64,000 bases of DNA from Isurus oxyrinchus (taxonomy: Eukaryota), in NCBI GenBank assembly GCA_026770705.1, contig JANJGN010000003.1, positions 47,802,001 to 47,866,000 on the forward strand. Reading direction: 5' to 3'. Below are positions 50,030-62,449 of the stretch, piece after piece. The notes under the pieces are model-generated. The model ran no database searches. It was not told the origin of the DNA and saw nothing but the letters and a program-made list of their open reading frames with translations. Made by a program: the position numbers and the translations under genes. Each line of letters opens with the position of its first letter. The stretch's first letter is position 1.

Positions 50030-50852
50030 TTAGCCCAGTTTGATCTGAAGAAGCTACCAACTCAGACATGTAAGCAAGTTCGCCAACTGTGTAATATAAC
50101 TACCAACTTCTCAGGTCCTTAATAAACAAACTTACTTGTTTTTGTGTTAACCAATCTTTTATAGGTGGTTGGTGCCTTGATGTTTATCCACTAGATAAGC
50201 ACAAGGAGAAGAAAAACACAGCATTTACATTTCTATTGCTCATCAGTTGGCTTTCCCCTGGTAGCAGCTTCCCCATTTCAGGCCAGAGTTTAAATCACTG
50301 TCAGGGCCTGATGATGTCATTCAGCCCAAATCGCTTATATGAATTAGGACCCCACTGGCTTTGGGTGGGCAACTTAACTGCCTGTGCAGAAGTGACCCTT
50401 CAAATCAGAATTGATGGGAGACGTTCAGCATTCCATTTTAAACAGCAAGTAACCCGGGGCATATCATCTGACCATCCGCCTGGTATTTGCTGGGTAGGTA
50501 GGATTAAAATCCCTCTGGTCATTAATATTGGAATGCTATTATGCTGGAGCTCAGAATGTTCTAGGGATGAAGTTAACTGAAACTAGACAGCATACATGGT
50601 TAGGCTGCACAGTGCTGATAAATTGTGTGCCCTTCCAAGTGTAGGCATTATACCAATTGAAGGACAATACTTTCAATTAAGTTATATTCGAGATTCTTTG
50701 TAAAATTCATAGCTAGCTCAATTCACCTTCAGATGAACCCTTCAGTTTAAAATAAATTAGTGGTGTGCCTATGCAACTCCCATGTGGTGTGTCTTGCTGT
50801 TCATTTATCGTGACAACAAATGGTAGCCACAGCATAATTAAGAAGTGACATA

Positions 50853-51009
50853 GGATCTCTCACATGGGGTGCATGTGAGCAAATGCAGAGAGGATATTGA
50901 ATCTCATCACCGCTGATCTGAGAGCAGGCATGCTGGAATCTCTCATGTGGGTTGGAGATGCAGAGGGGATATTGAATCACATCACTGCCAGCCTAAGAGC
51001 AGGCATGCA
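50853..51009 (+). repeat. Two-copy diverged tandem repeat (~75-80 bp unit)
   Basis: ATGCAGAG(A/G)GGATATTGAATC(T/A)CATCAC..GAGCAGGCATGC occurs twice. Confidence 0.75.
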
Positions 51010-51825
51010 TTTGATCACTGGAAGCCAGGCAGGAGGTGTTGCTACGCAGCTGAATTTCTGAAAGCCTAAACAAGGCAACTTATCTGCTCATCAGTTGTAA
51101 CCTCAAAATTTAAATGTTAGATTCTGATCATTTGAAACCAAAGTTTTGAATTTATCAGTTAATGTTTGTGAACTCAACAAATGAATAAGGGATAAGGTAT
51201 AATCACGGATGACTATTTACCAGGAGATAGGGCGTGAAGAAATTGGGATGCCGCACTTTAAATTGGCTTTGCTTTATCGCAGCCAAAACTGATATGAAGC
51301 TTAAATTGTTTGCTGCACATTTTTTTTTAGCAAATGACATGCTGGTTACAGAAATAAACTGCCAGTATTGTAAAAATTCATGTAAAGTAACAATTCTAAC
51401 CTTGGACAACACACCCACATCACTAATACTATTCGTTCTGTTTTTTCCAAAATTGGACTATTATCTCATCAAATTACAATATAATTCTGTTCTCCTGTTT
51501 TAATGTATTATTTTTGCAACAATTCTCTTTTGATTCCCCTCTCCCACACACAGATGATCCTCCCTTAACCATGAGACTGGAGAGAGTGGGCATCGTTCAA
51601 GAATGACTAACGTTGAAATTCTTTTTTCTGAAAACAATAGTGTGAATTTTTGCGTTTCTCAAGGTGAAAGGTCTCAGTCTGCAAACTGGGACTGCTTTTT
51701 ACCTATTTTGTCACTGAATACCAGCAGCAGACATTTCCAGATCAGGCACATCTTCTAAGGAGAGCTGCCATTACCCTGCACCAACAACCTTAAAATTAAG
51801 CTTTGTGAAGATTAATGTGTTTTTC

Positions 51826-54690
51826 TTTATTCTTTCACGGGATGTGAGCTTTGCCGGCTGGGCCAGCATTTATTGCCCATCTCTAGTTGCCCTTGAGAAG
51901 GTGGTGGTGAGCTGCCTTCTTGACTGCTGCAGTCCATGTGGTGTAGGCACACCCACTGTGCTGTTAAGAAGGGAGTTCCAAGACTTTGACCCAGCAACAG
52001 TGAAGGAATGGTGGTATATTTCCAAGTCAGGATGGTGAGTGATTGGTTGGGAACTTCCAGGTGGTGGTGTTCTCATCTATCTGCTGCCCTCGTTCTCCTA
52101 GATGGTAATGGTCGTGGGTTTAAAAGGTGCTGTCTAAGGAGTGTGGTGAATTCCTGCAGTGCATCTTGTAGATGGTACACATGCTGCTACTGTGCATTGG
52201 TGGTGGAGGGAGTGAATGTTTGTGAATGTGGTGCCAACCAAGTGGGCTGCTTTGTCCTGGATGGTGCCAAGCATCTTAAGTGTTGCGGGAGCTGCAATCA
52301 TTCAGGCAGTTGGAGACTATTCCATCACATTCCTGACTTCTGCCTTGTAGATGGTGGACAGGCTTTGGGGAGTCAGGAGGTGAGTTACTCGTCACAGGAT
52401 TCCTAGCCTCTAACCTGATGTTGCAGCCACAGTATTTATATGGTCAGTTCAGTTTCAGGTCAATGGTAACCCCCAGGATGTTGATAGTGGGGGATTCAGT
52501 GACGGTAATGTCATTGAAGGACAAGGGAAGATGGTTAGACTCTCTCTTGTTGGAGATTATCATTTCCTGGCACTTGTGTAGCGCGAATGTTAGTTGCCAC
52601 TTGTTGGCAATGCCTGGATATTGTCCAGATCTTGCTGCATTTGGACATGGACTACTACAGTATCTGGGGAGTTGCAAATGGTGCTGAACATTGTGCAATC
52701 ATCAGCAAACATCCCCACTATAGAAGGAAGGTCATTGATGAAGCCACTGAAGATAATTGGGCCGAGGAATTCCTGCATTGATGTCCTGGAGCTGAGATGA
52801 CTGACATCCAATAAGCACAGCCACCTTCCTTGTGCTAGGTATGACTCCAACCAGTAGAGAGTTTTCTCCTGAATCCCATTGACCCCAGTTTTGCTAGGGC
52901 TTCGTTATGCCACACTCAGTCAAATGCAGCCGTGATGTCAAGGACAGTCACTCTCACCTCACCTCGGGAGTCCATGTTTGAACCAAGGCTGTAATGAGGT
53001 CAGGAGCTGAGTGGCCCTGGGCATCAATGAACAGGTTATTGCTAAGCAAGTGTGGTTTGATAGCATTGTTGACCACTCCTTCCATTACTTTACTGATGAT
53101 CAAGAGTAGGCTCTTGGGGCAGTAATTGGCCGGGTTGGATTTGTCCTGCTTTTTGTGTATAGGACATACCTGGGCAATTTATCACATAGCCGGGTAGATG
53201 CCAGTGTTGTAGCTGTACTGGAACAGCTTGGCTAGGGCCACGGCAAGTTCTGGAGCACAAGTCTTCAGTAGTATTGCCAGAATAATGTCAGGACCCATAG
53301 TCTTTGCACTATTCAGTGCCTTCAGCCATTTCTTGATATCACGTGGAGTGAATCAAATTGGCTGTAGATTGGCATCTATGATGCTGGGGACCTCTGGAGG
53401 AGGCTGAGATGGATCATCTACTCGGCACTTCTGGCTGAATATTGTAGCAAATGCTTGAGCCTTATCTTTTGCACTGTTGTGCTGGGCTCCTTCATCAGTA
53501 AAGATGGGGATATTTGTGGAGCCTCCTTCTCCAGTGAATTGTTTAATTGTCCACAACCATTCGCAACTGCATGTGGCGGGACTACAGAGCTTAGATCTGA
53601 TCCGTTGGTCATGGGATCGCTTAGCTCTGTCTATCACTTGCTGCTTATGCTGTTTGGCATGCAAGTAGTCTTGCGTCATCACTTCACAAGGTTGACACCT
53701 CATTTTTAGGTATGCTTGATGCAGCTCCTGGCTGCCCTCCTCATTGAACCAGGGTTGATCCACTGGCTTGATGGTAATGGTAGAGAGGGGGATATGCTGG
53801 ACCATGAGGTTACAGATTGTGTTCGAGTACATTTCTGCTGCTGCTGATGGTCCATTGCGTCTCAAGGATGCCCAGTCTTGAGTTGCTAGATCTGTTTGAA
53901 ATATATCCCATTTAGCACGGTGGTAGTGGCACACAAAATGTGGAGGATGTCCTCAATGTGAAGGTGGGACTTCATCTCCAGAAGGACTGTGCAGTGGTCA
54001 ATCCTACTGAAACCGTCATGGACAGATGTATCAGCGGCAGGCAGATTGGTGAGGATGAGGTCAAGTATGTTTTTCCTTCTTGTTGGTTCCCTCACCACTT
54101 GCTGAAGACCCAGTCTAGCAACTATGTCCTTTAGGACTCAGTCAGCTCGGTCAGTTGTGGTGCTACCGAGCCATTCTTGGTGATGGACTTTGAAGTCCCC
54201 CACCCAGAGTACATTCTGCTCCCTCCAGTTCTTCCTCCAAGTGGTGTTCAAAATGGAGGAGCACTGATTCACCAGCTGAGGGAAGGCAGCATGTGGTAAT
54301 CAGCAGGAAGTTTCATTGCCCATATTTGTCCTGATGCCATTAGTATGCAAGGGGTCTGGAGTCACTGTTGAGGACTCCCAGGGCAACTCCCTCACATCTG
54401 TATCCTGCTGTGCCGCCACCTCTGCTGGATCTATCCTTCCGCTGGGACAGGACATACCCAGGGATGGTGATAGTGGTATCTGGTACATTATCTGTAAGAT
54501 ATGATTCTGTACCGATCACCAAACCAGGTTGTTGCTTGACTAGCCTGTGAGACAGCTCTCCCATGTTTGGCGCCAGCCCCCAGATGTTAGTAAGGAAGAC
54601 TTTGCAGGGTCAACAGGGCTGAATTTGCCGTTGTTATTTCCAGTGCCTAGGTTAATGCCGGGTGCTCTGTCCGGTTTCATTCCTTCTGTG
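51826..54690 (-). mobile_element. Long HER1-like LINE covering ORF2 endonuclease through the 3' tail (disrupted)
   Basis: APE start ELSHRLVKQQP..TESYL..DRSSRGGG; VREPTRRKNILDLILTN..DH; GMFADDCTMF; HER1 tail. Confidence 0.9.
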
Positions 54691-54696
54691 TGAAGA

Positions 54697-57162
54697 CAGA
54701 ATCACAGAATCATTACAGTGCAGAAGGAAGTCATTCAGCCCACCATGTCTGCACCAGCCCTTGAAATGAGTGTTATGACTTAAAGCCATTTTCCTGCCTT
54801 TTCCCCATACCCTTGCACATTGTTTCTACTCAAATAATCATCCAATGCCCTCTTGAATGCCTCGATTGAAACTGCCTTCACCACACTTCCATTGCAGACT
54901 AGAGCCACTCGCTGAGTTAAGAAGTTTTTTCTCACATCACATTTGCTTCTTTTGCAAATCACTCTAAATCTCCTTCAATCGCAATTCTTTTATGAGTGAG
55001 AATAGTTTCTCCGTATCTACTCTACCCAGCCCCCCCATGATTTTGAACATCGCTATCAATTCTCCTTTTAGTCTTCTCCTCTTCAAGGTGAACAGTCCCA
55101 ACCTCTCCAACTTATCTTCATAACTGAAGTGTCTCATCCCTAGAACCATTCTTGTAAACCTCTTCTGCACTCTCTCCAATGCATTCATATCCTTCCTAAT
55201 GTATGGTGCACAGAACTGTACACAATCCTCCAACTGAGGTCTAACTAATGTCTTAGATAAGCTCAACATATTCTCCTTGCTCTTGTACTCTATGCCCCTA
55301 TTGGTAAAGCTCAGAATACTGTATGATTTATTAACACTCTCTCCACCTGTCCTGCCACTGTCCATATCTATGTGGACAGAGCACCCGGCTTCAACCTAGA
55401 TGCATATACACCCAGGTCCCTCTGCTCTTGCACACCCTTAAGGATTGTCCCCTTTATTTTATATTGTCTCGCCATGTTCTTCCTACCAAAATGCATCACC
55501 TCACATTTTTCCGCATTGAACTTGATCTGCCACCTTCCTGTTCACTCCACCAACTTGTCGATGGGCAGGATCTTTAGCTCGGCACGTGGGCACGAGCCCG
55601 ACCTACTCAAGCATAAAAATAGCGCAAGATGACGTTGGGCAAGCATCCCGATGCTCACTTGTTATTTTGGTCAATGGGAGGGGGCGAAAGTCAGAAGCGC
55701 GCTTGCTGACTAAGAGGTCCATTAAGCCATTTAAGTTCCAGTTGGCTCCGATTTTTCATGATCCGTCCAGCCTTATAGTTCGCAGAGGGGTGAATCTGCC
55801 AGGCAGACTTTACATTTTGGCGAAACCTCATCCAAGGGTGGGACGAGTTTTTTGTTATTAAATTTTTAAAAATAAAGATGTTTGAACAGAATTTTCATCA
55901 TCCAAATGCTCAGGTGACTGATTCTGATGCATGGACACTTTTTTCTGGATTTGAAAACCTCTATTGATTGCTTTTAAATTCTTCAGATCTGTGAGGCAGC
56001 TCTTTGCCTTCAGGGAGCTTTTGTTCAGCGCTCGCCCGCACCTGCGCTTCCATCAGCGCCTACCCTCCTCCTGCCCCCACTCCGGCAGTGCTGAACATTT
56101 CAGTGCATGTTTCACGCTGGGTGGCCGGCAAGTGACTAGCTTGTGTGAAATCACAATCGGGGGACGATTGCAGTCAGTGGTCTGATTATGGGCCAATTCC
56201 TTGGCCGCTCCCTTCCCCACCGATCACGGGCACCTGCCAAACTAAAGATCTCTCCCACGTCTTTTTGAAGTTCTATTCTGTCCTCCTCACAGTTTACAAT
56301 GCTTCCAAGTTTCGTATCATCTCCAAACTTTGAAATTGTCCACTGCATACCAAGATCTAGCTCATGAATATATATCAGGAAAAGCAAGGGTCCAAATACT
56401 GACCCCTGGGGGACTACAACCTTCCTCCAGCCCGAAAAACATCCATTTACCATTACCCTCTGTTTCCTATTACTCAGCCAATTTTGTATCCACGTTGCTA
56501 CTGCCCCTTTTATTCCATGAGCTATAACTTTCTCACAAGCTTGTTATGTGGCACTGTATCAAATGCCTTTTGAAAGTCCATGTACACCACATCAATAGCA
56601 TTACCCTCATCTACCCTTTCTGCTTTCACTTCAAAAACTCCAGCAAGCTAGTTAAACACGACTTCCCTTTTAGGAATCTATGCTGGCTCTTCCTAATCAA
56701 CCCACACTTTTCTATGTGACTACTAATTCTATCCCGAATAATTGTCCATAGAATGTTTCCCACCACTGAAGTTAAACTGACTGGTCAGTAATTGCTGGCC
56801 TTATCCTTACAACCTTTTTTGAACAAGGCTGTAATGTTTGCAATTCTCCAGTCCTCTGGTACCTCCCCTGAGTTTAGGGAAGACTGAAAGATTATGGCCA
56901 GTGCCCCTGCAATTTCCACTCTTTCTTCCTTCAATATCCTTAGGCGCATCTCATCTGGTCCTGGTGTCTTGTCAACTTTAAGTACTGACAGTTTATCCAA
57001 CACTTCCTCCTTATCAATTTTGAACCCTTCTAGTGACAGAGTTGCCTCCTCTGTCACTGTGCCCTTGGTATCATCTGCTTCCTTGGTAAAGACAGATGCA
57101 AAGTATTCATTTAACACCCCAGCCCTGCCTCCTGCCTCCATGTCTAAATCCCCTTTTTGGCC
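54697..57162 (-). mobile_element. CR1 LINE (RT region to 3' end) interrupted by a MITE
   Basis: DKTPGPDEM..PEDWRIANITALFKKG; PQGSVFGPLLF..KFGDD; LVRPQLEDCVQF; (ACAGAATC)n tail. Confidence 0.9.
55563..56256. mobile_element. Harbinger-type MITE nested in CR1
   Basis: GGGCAGGATCTTT ... AAAGATCTCTCCC; the CR1 sequence resumes in register on both sides. Confidence 0.78.
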
Positions 57163-57261
57163 CCTGTGCATTCTCCAACCAGGTTTGCCCCTCACCTGGG
57201 TAAAAAAAACAATTTACATACTGACATACAATTCACTGGCTCATTAAGTGGATCAGTCAGC

Positions 57262-57622
57262 TTACATCAGTGACAGCACTCTTGCCTTTGAATCAGATGT
57301 TTGTGGGTTTGAGCCTCACCCCTGAAAGTTGAGTGCATGAACTTGCCTGATACCCCAGTCCAGTACTAAGGAACTATTGCACTGTCAAGAGGTGCCATCT
57401 TTCAGATAAGACATTAAACTGAAGTCCTATCTGCTCTCTCATGTATTCATAAAGGCTTTTGCTGTTCTGCATTTATCTTGCAGCTGACATCCATAACAAA
57501 TTACCTGGTCATTTATTTCATTACTGTTGTAGGACATTGCTGTATGTAAATTGGCTTCCATGTTTCCTATTGTATAGCAGAGGCTACACTTCAAAAGTAC
57601 TACAGTGGCTGTAAAGCTCTTT
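57262..57622 (+). mobile_element. DeuSINE (SacSINE1-like) copy
   Basis: tRNA-like head (CAGTGACAGCACTCTTGCC..GGGTTTGAGCC) then Deu-domain-like TGCACTGTCAAGAGGTGCCATCTTTCAGATAAGACATTAAAC. Confidence 0.7.
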
Positions 57623-57974
57623 TTTAAAAATTCATTCATGGGATGTTGTGCATCACTGGCTAGGCCAGGATTTATTGCCCATCCCTAATTGCCCTAGAGA
57701 ACTGAGGGGCTTGCTAGGCCATTTCAGCGGGTATTTAAGAGTCAACCACGTTGCTGTGGGCCTGGAGTCACATGTAAGCCAGACCAGGTAAGGACAGCAG
57801 ATGTCCTTCCCTAGGTGGCATTAGTGAACCAGATGGGTTTTTTAATGACAATTAACAATGGTCATTATTAGACTTTTAATTCCATATTTTGTATTGAATT
57901 CAAATTTCACCATCTATCAAGGTGGGATTTGAACCCAGGTCCCCAGGGCATTACCCTGGGTCTCTGGATTACCA

Positions 57975-58208
57975 AAACAAAAACAGAATTACCTGGAAAA
58001 ACTCAGCAGGTCTGGCAGCATCGGCGGAGAAGAAAAGAGTTGACGTTTCGAGTCCTCATGACCCTTCGACAGTTCTGTCGAAGGGTCATGAGGACTCGAA
58101 ACGTCAACTCTTTTCTTCTCCGCCGATGCTGCCAGACCTGCTGAGTTTTTCCAGGTAATTCTGTTTTTGTTTTGGATTTCCAGCATCCGCAGTTTTCTTT
58201 GTTTTCAA
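57975..58208. mobile_element. Penelope-derived palindromic mini-insertion
   Basis: Exact 13-bp TSD CTCTGGATTACCA (57962-57974, 58209-58221); perfect 101-bp arms 57972-58072 / 58075-58175; right arm homologous to the PLE 3' end 31154-31290. Confidence 0.92.
58071..58109 (+). ncRNA. Variant minimal type-I hammerhead ribozyme motif
   Basis: Stem I AGTT/AACT; core CTGTCGA; stem II GGGTC/GACTC with ATGAG loop; GAAA; palindromic ACGT; GTC cleavage triplet. Confidence 0.6.
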
Positions 58209-58584
58209 CTCTGGATTACCAGTCCAGTGACAACGCTACCACTCTGCCACCTCCCCATTGGATACAATGAGAGGGGCAAAACAAATTAATGCTTTTTTCC
58301 TTCCTTAACACCTCAATTAAAACAGCCACAAAGAACTTCATAGTACATTCACCAGCTGAGGAAAATGAGTTTCAAAGTCAGTAAAAATCACAACTGAAAT
58401 GCATAACTGTGCTTAGGAGTCCAAAAATCTACCGAGCACCACCTGCAAATGTTGCTATCCTTTAAAATTTGACTTAGTCAACTGTTCTCTATTGACTTTT
58501 CTTCATTCCAATGAGCTATCAATTCAAAATTTGACCCATCAGCCTCAGTAATTAAGTTTTAAGACCTCATCCTGCTAGAGCACG

Positions 58585-58690
58585 TTCAACAGTGACTACA
58601 CGCTAAATAGTATGTCAGTGACTGTGAAGCATTTGAGATATTTGGTGGTCGTGAAAAGCACTATACAAATGCAAGTATTTATTTTGTTCT
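58585..58690 (+). mobile_element. DeuSINE-like 3' tail fragment
   Basis: CAGTGACTACAC..CTGTGAAGCATTTGAG..GTCGTGAAAAGCACTATACAAATGCAAGT. Confidence 0.55.
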
Positions 58691-59999
58691 TTCATTCAGT
58701 TGCAATATGGGTAACCCAAACCGAATGGGATATTGTTGACAATACCTGAGGTCCCATATCAGTCTGTAGGTTGGGTTGATTAAATTAACAGCCTTAAGTA
58801 GTTTTCACTTTATCACTACACTATCCAGAAAGTTTCACAGGACATTTAGCTGAGAAACAGTTTACAATCAGATACAAAAGTTGGCTGATGTAATCTAGCT
58901 GGGTCTAATGTAAATGGATTCTGCACAGTGTGATAGCTGTTGGATTCTATGGGGTCGTTTCATGTCTGGCATGAATTGGGCAGATGATGGGTGACATGCC
59001 ATTCTACCGCCCAATGCAATCAGCATTTAGCCTGTGGCATTTTCACAGCCAGATCTAATTCACAGTGACTCTGCAAACTGCCAGCTCCAACCTCATTCCC
59101 TATAAAGGTGGTTCACTGATTCAAAGGGCTCTCTGCATTTGAAAGCGAGGTGTACCTTTCAGGTGTCAGCTGTGGTAAAACTTGAAATGGTAGCTATAAA
59201 ACGCATTGTTTTACAAGCAGAATGATTTCGAAAACTTTCTAGTGTTTTACCTGGGATCAGCTGAAGATTGCTTTAAGATGGCCACCTTCCAATTTATACT
59301 GTCCACAGTTTGTGCGTGGGATGAGGAGCTGTAAGTAAGGGGCAATAAATGGTGCCATTTTGCTCTTATTTGAGCATGCTTGTTAGCACCTTCCCTGTTT
59401 CTTGTGGGAGTTTTGCCTGCTTAAATTGACATCCACCTGAACAATGTAATGGGTGGACAACCAGCGGTAAGCCTGGAATTCTTTTTACATGTGATTTTTA
59501 TCTTGTTACCGCCCCATTCTTAGACATAACCGTGACAAAAAAGCATCAGCTATATACCCATTGTCCTGAATATATCCTTTAGGAAAACTGAAGACATGTT
59601 ATCTGGTAAAATACCTTGCAAAATATTTTATCAGATTTATAGACAAAAGTATGCAGCATAACGTGACCGATGAGGTGATGCTGCCATTCCACTTCTAATC
59701 TTGTCGTCTACAAATCTTTCAGCCCCGATTGTAAACTGAAAGAATGAGAGCACTGCTTTGCAAAAGGTTTATACTGGAACAGATACTGTGCCTGCTCCAC
59801 TGGAAAACCATCTTGTAGCCAACATAAGAACTCAAGAAGGCATGGAATAAAGGAAAGTTATTCACCCATCCTATTCATTTCTGCCACAGACCATGTCCGT
59901 TCTGCCCTTTTATAGATTCTATCCATTTGTTTAATCTCTTGTGTAAATACTTCTTAGATCCCCAAAGTGAAACTCCTAGATATTCATCAATCCCAATGG

Positions 60000-60270
60000 A
60001 GCCGATTTTATAAATACGTACATCAGTGTCTTTTCGCTTGATGCCAGTGATACATCATGAACAGTGTAAGTGGAGTTGGTCAGGTTGCTGGATGTGATGC
60101 TGGCAGCAGATCCATGCCTCCAATCCATATGGCAAAATGGTGGGACAACAGCTGAGGTATATTGTGGCTTTTGCTGGTAGGTCCATAGCTCCTTCTTGTT
60201 TCTACACCAGAAATGAGTCAATGTTCCAAAATAATTGTTAGATCTACTGCTTGTGCAAATCAGGGCAGAA
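60000..60270 (-). mobile_element. RTE LINE RT C-terminal fragment
   Basis: KATIYLSCCPTILPYGLEAWICCQHHIQQPDQLH resembles the RTE consensus VYxAxVxxxLLYGxExW..HxxxLxxFH. Confidence 0.65.
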
Positions 60271-60609
60271 TGACTATTTCAGGCCCCTTTCCTAAATTAA
60301 TTTGAGACTGAAGCAGTTTGTGTCATACATATTGCAGTCAGTATTCCCTGGCAAAAAGCACTGAAAGCAATGGTCTTTAAAGGGACCAATGAAGGCTGCC
60401 TCCAAGAAGTAAAGCATCCATTACTTGCCTGATTGGGGATGTCCACATTACAACTGCTTTTTTCTACTCTGTCATAAAATGCCTCAGATCCCTTTAATCC
60501 AAGATACAACAAAAACTTTAATGCAGTGAAACATTCCAAGGTGCTTCACAGCAAAATTTTACATATTAGGACATGAGCCTTTAGGACACGTGACCAAAAG
60601 CTTGACCAA

Positions 60610-60850
60610 AACCGCGAAGGCCAGGTTTTGGAAAAAAAACACTACATCCGTGATCTTCTCTTGTTGAGATTGAAAGTGGGATAGTGAGAAGAAACCAAAG
60701 CACACTTATATCTACAAGAAGACCTTCAATGGAACAGACTAGTTACCCAGAAGATCAGTAAAAGGATCGGAACAGGGAACTGATAGGCACTGATGGTTCA
60801 CATACTACTCTACCAAGTTCGAGAGAGAACATGGAAAACTTGAATCCTAT
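60610..60850 (+). mobile_element. Gypsy integrase C-terminal remnant
   Basis: LVEIESGIVRRNQ.TL-like coding resembles the PRSYxVxTxxGxxRRNRxHL motif. Confidence 0.45.
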
Positions 60851-61239
60851 GCATTCTCTAAGACAGCTATCAGCAAAGTCGGCAAGATTGGTGAAATCAC
60901 CACAGCAGCCATCTGTGTGAACCAGGGATGAAGGAAGAGACTTCAGGTGGAGATTAGGATATTGGGCTGTAGCTTCATTGCGTTGACAATCAGCATCAGA
61001 TTGCCACTCCGTGCCCAGTTACTTACTCTAAATTCCTTCCGTGCCTGCCTCGCCCAACCTTCTGATTCAGGCCAGATGTGACCCAGGTAGTGCAATGCCC
61101 AGTGTTGCAGTCCAGCAGAGCCACATTGAAGAACGACGCCCCCATTTTTACAGCACTAGCTGCCGTAAACCAGGTAAGTTAAAGATTCAATGAACTTGAC
61201 AGGCTAGGGAGAAAGTAAATGTCTAAGGTCAGTGGATAG

Positions 61240-61970
61240 GATTTGGGGGCCTGGGCGGGGGTGCGAGAAATGATGGTGGGGGTCGTTGCAGGTCGGGGGT
61301 GTCAGAGGTTGGGGTGTGGAGTGATTGGACCTCAAGAGGGGCTGGGGGGTGCTGGGGATCGGACCTCTGGTGTGGGTGGCCAGAAGTCAAGGGGGATGGG
61401 AGCTCGTACCTCAGGTGGGAGTTGGTCCTTGAGGAGATGGAGGGGGTGGGGGGTGGTGGTCGGTCCTCATGGTGGTTTCTGGACCTTGGGGTGATGCTGG
61501 GTAGATGGGGGGGGGGGGTGGGGGGGGGGGGGTGAGACCTTGGGAGGGATTGGGGGACCGAGGGGGCCGGACCTCAGTGGGGGAGATTGAGGGCGGATCG
61601 GACCTCAGGAGGGTCAGAGATGTCAGACCCAGGGTGGGGACAGGGGGTTTGGACCTTGAATAGGGGTGGGGGAGGTGGAGGTTTAGGGATATTTGGAAGT
61701 GTCGGACTCGGGTGGAGGAGGTAGGAGACCGGGAGCGGGGGAGGAGGTCGGGCCTGCCAAGGGGTGGGGTGGTTGGGTGGGATCATGCCTGCGGAAGGGG
61801 TGTCGGGTCAGGTAGGAGGGGTGTTGACGCTGCAGGGGGGCAGGGTCAGATCAGGTCAGACCTGAGGGTGGGGAGGGTTCGGGTCGGGGGAGGGTGGGGT
61901 GGAATCCCATGGGAGGTCAGGAGGTGAGGAATACCTTGGGGTTGGGGGGAGCGGTTAGTTGGGGCTTGTG
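61240..61970 (+). repeat. G-rich tract with repeated GGGG..TCGGACCT(C/T) units
   Basis: Dozens of G3-G13 runs. Confidence 0.8.
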
Positions 61971-62054
61971 ACTGAAGTCCCCTTGTGGGATCAGGGGAAT
62001 CTCCTGGATGGGGTGTCATTCTGGTCGATTCTTTAAAATATGATTAATAATAAT

Positions 62055-62449
62055 TATGAGGGCCATAGATAGGGTAGACAGGAAGGAACTTTTCCTCTTG
62101 GTAGAGGGATCAATAACCAGGGGGCACAGATTTAAGGTAGGGGGAAGGAGGTTTAGAGGAGATGTAAGGTAGGGGGAAGGAGGTTTAGAGGAGACGTGAG
62201 GAAGAATTTTTTCACCCAGAGGGTGATGGGAATCTGGAACTCACTGCCTGAGAGGGTGGTAGAGGCAGAAACCCTCATAATATTTAAGAAGTATTTGGAT
62301 GTGCACTTGCGGTGCCATGGCATACAAGGCTTTGGGTCTAATGCTGGAAAATGGGATTAGAATAGTTAGGTACTTGTTTGACCGGCGCAGACTCGATGGG
62401 CCGAAGGGCCTTTTTCTGTGCTGTAGACCTCCATGACTCTATGACTCTA
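62055..62449 (+). mobile_element. CR1 3' fragment with an internal 32-bp tandem duplication (62133-62196)
   Basis: MRAIDRVDRKELFLLVEGSITRGHRFKV; (ATGACTCT)n tail. Confidence 0.85.

Larger units (their letters stand above)
57625..58256 (-). mobile_element. Full-length HE1-like SINE interrupted at 57975-58208
   Basis: Minus strand: A-box-like GGCAGAGTGGTAG, B-box GGTTCAAATCC, HER1-type tail AATTAGGGATGGGCAATAAA..ATGAATGAAT. Confidence 0.85.

Noticed and set aside
57922-58186. ORFs on both strands with the same peptide (NKNRITWKNSAGLAASAEKKR...)
   Set aside because: Artefact of the perfect palindrome; the sequence is PLE terminal repeat, not a gene.
57900-58256. tRNA gene suggested by A/B boxes
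   Set aside because: The boxes belong to the SINE head; no full cloverleaf, and the head is interrupted.
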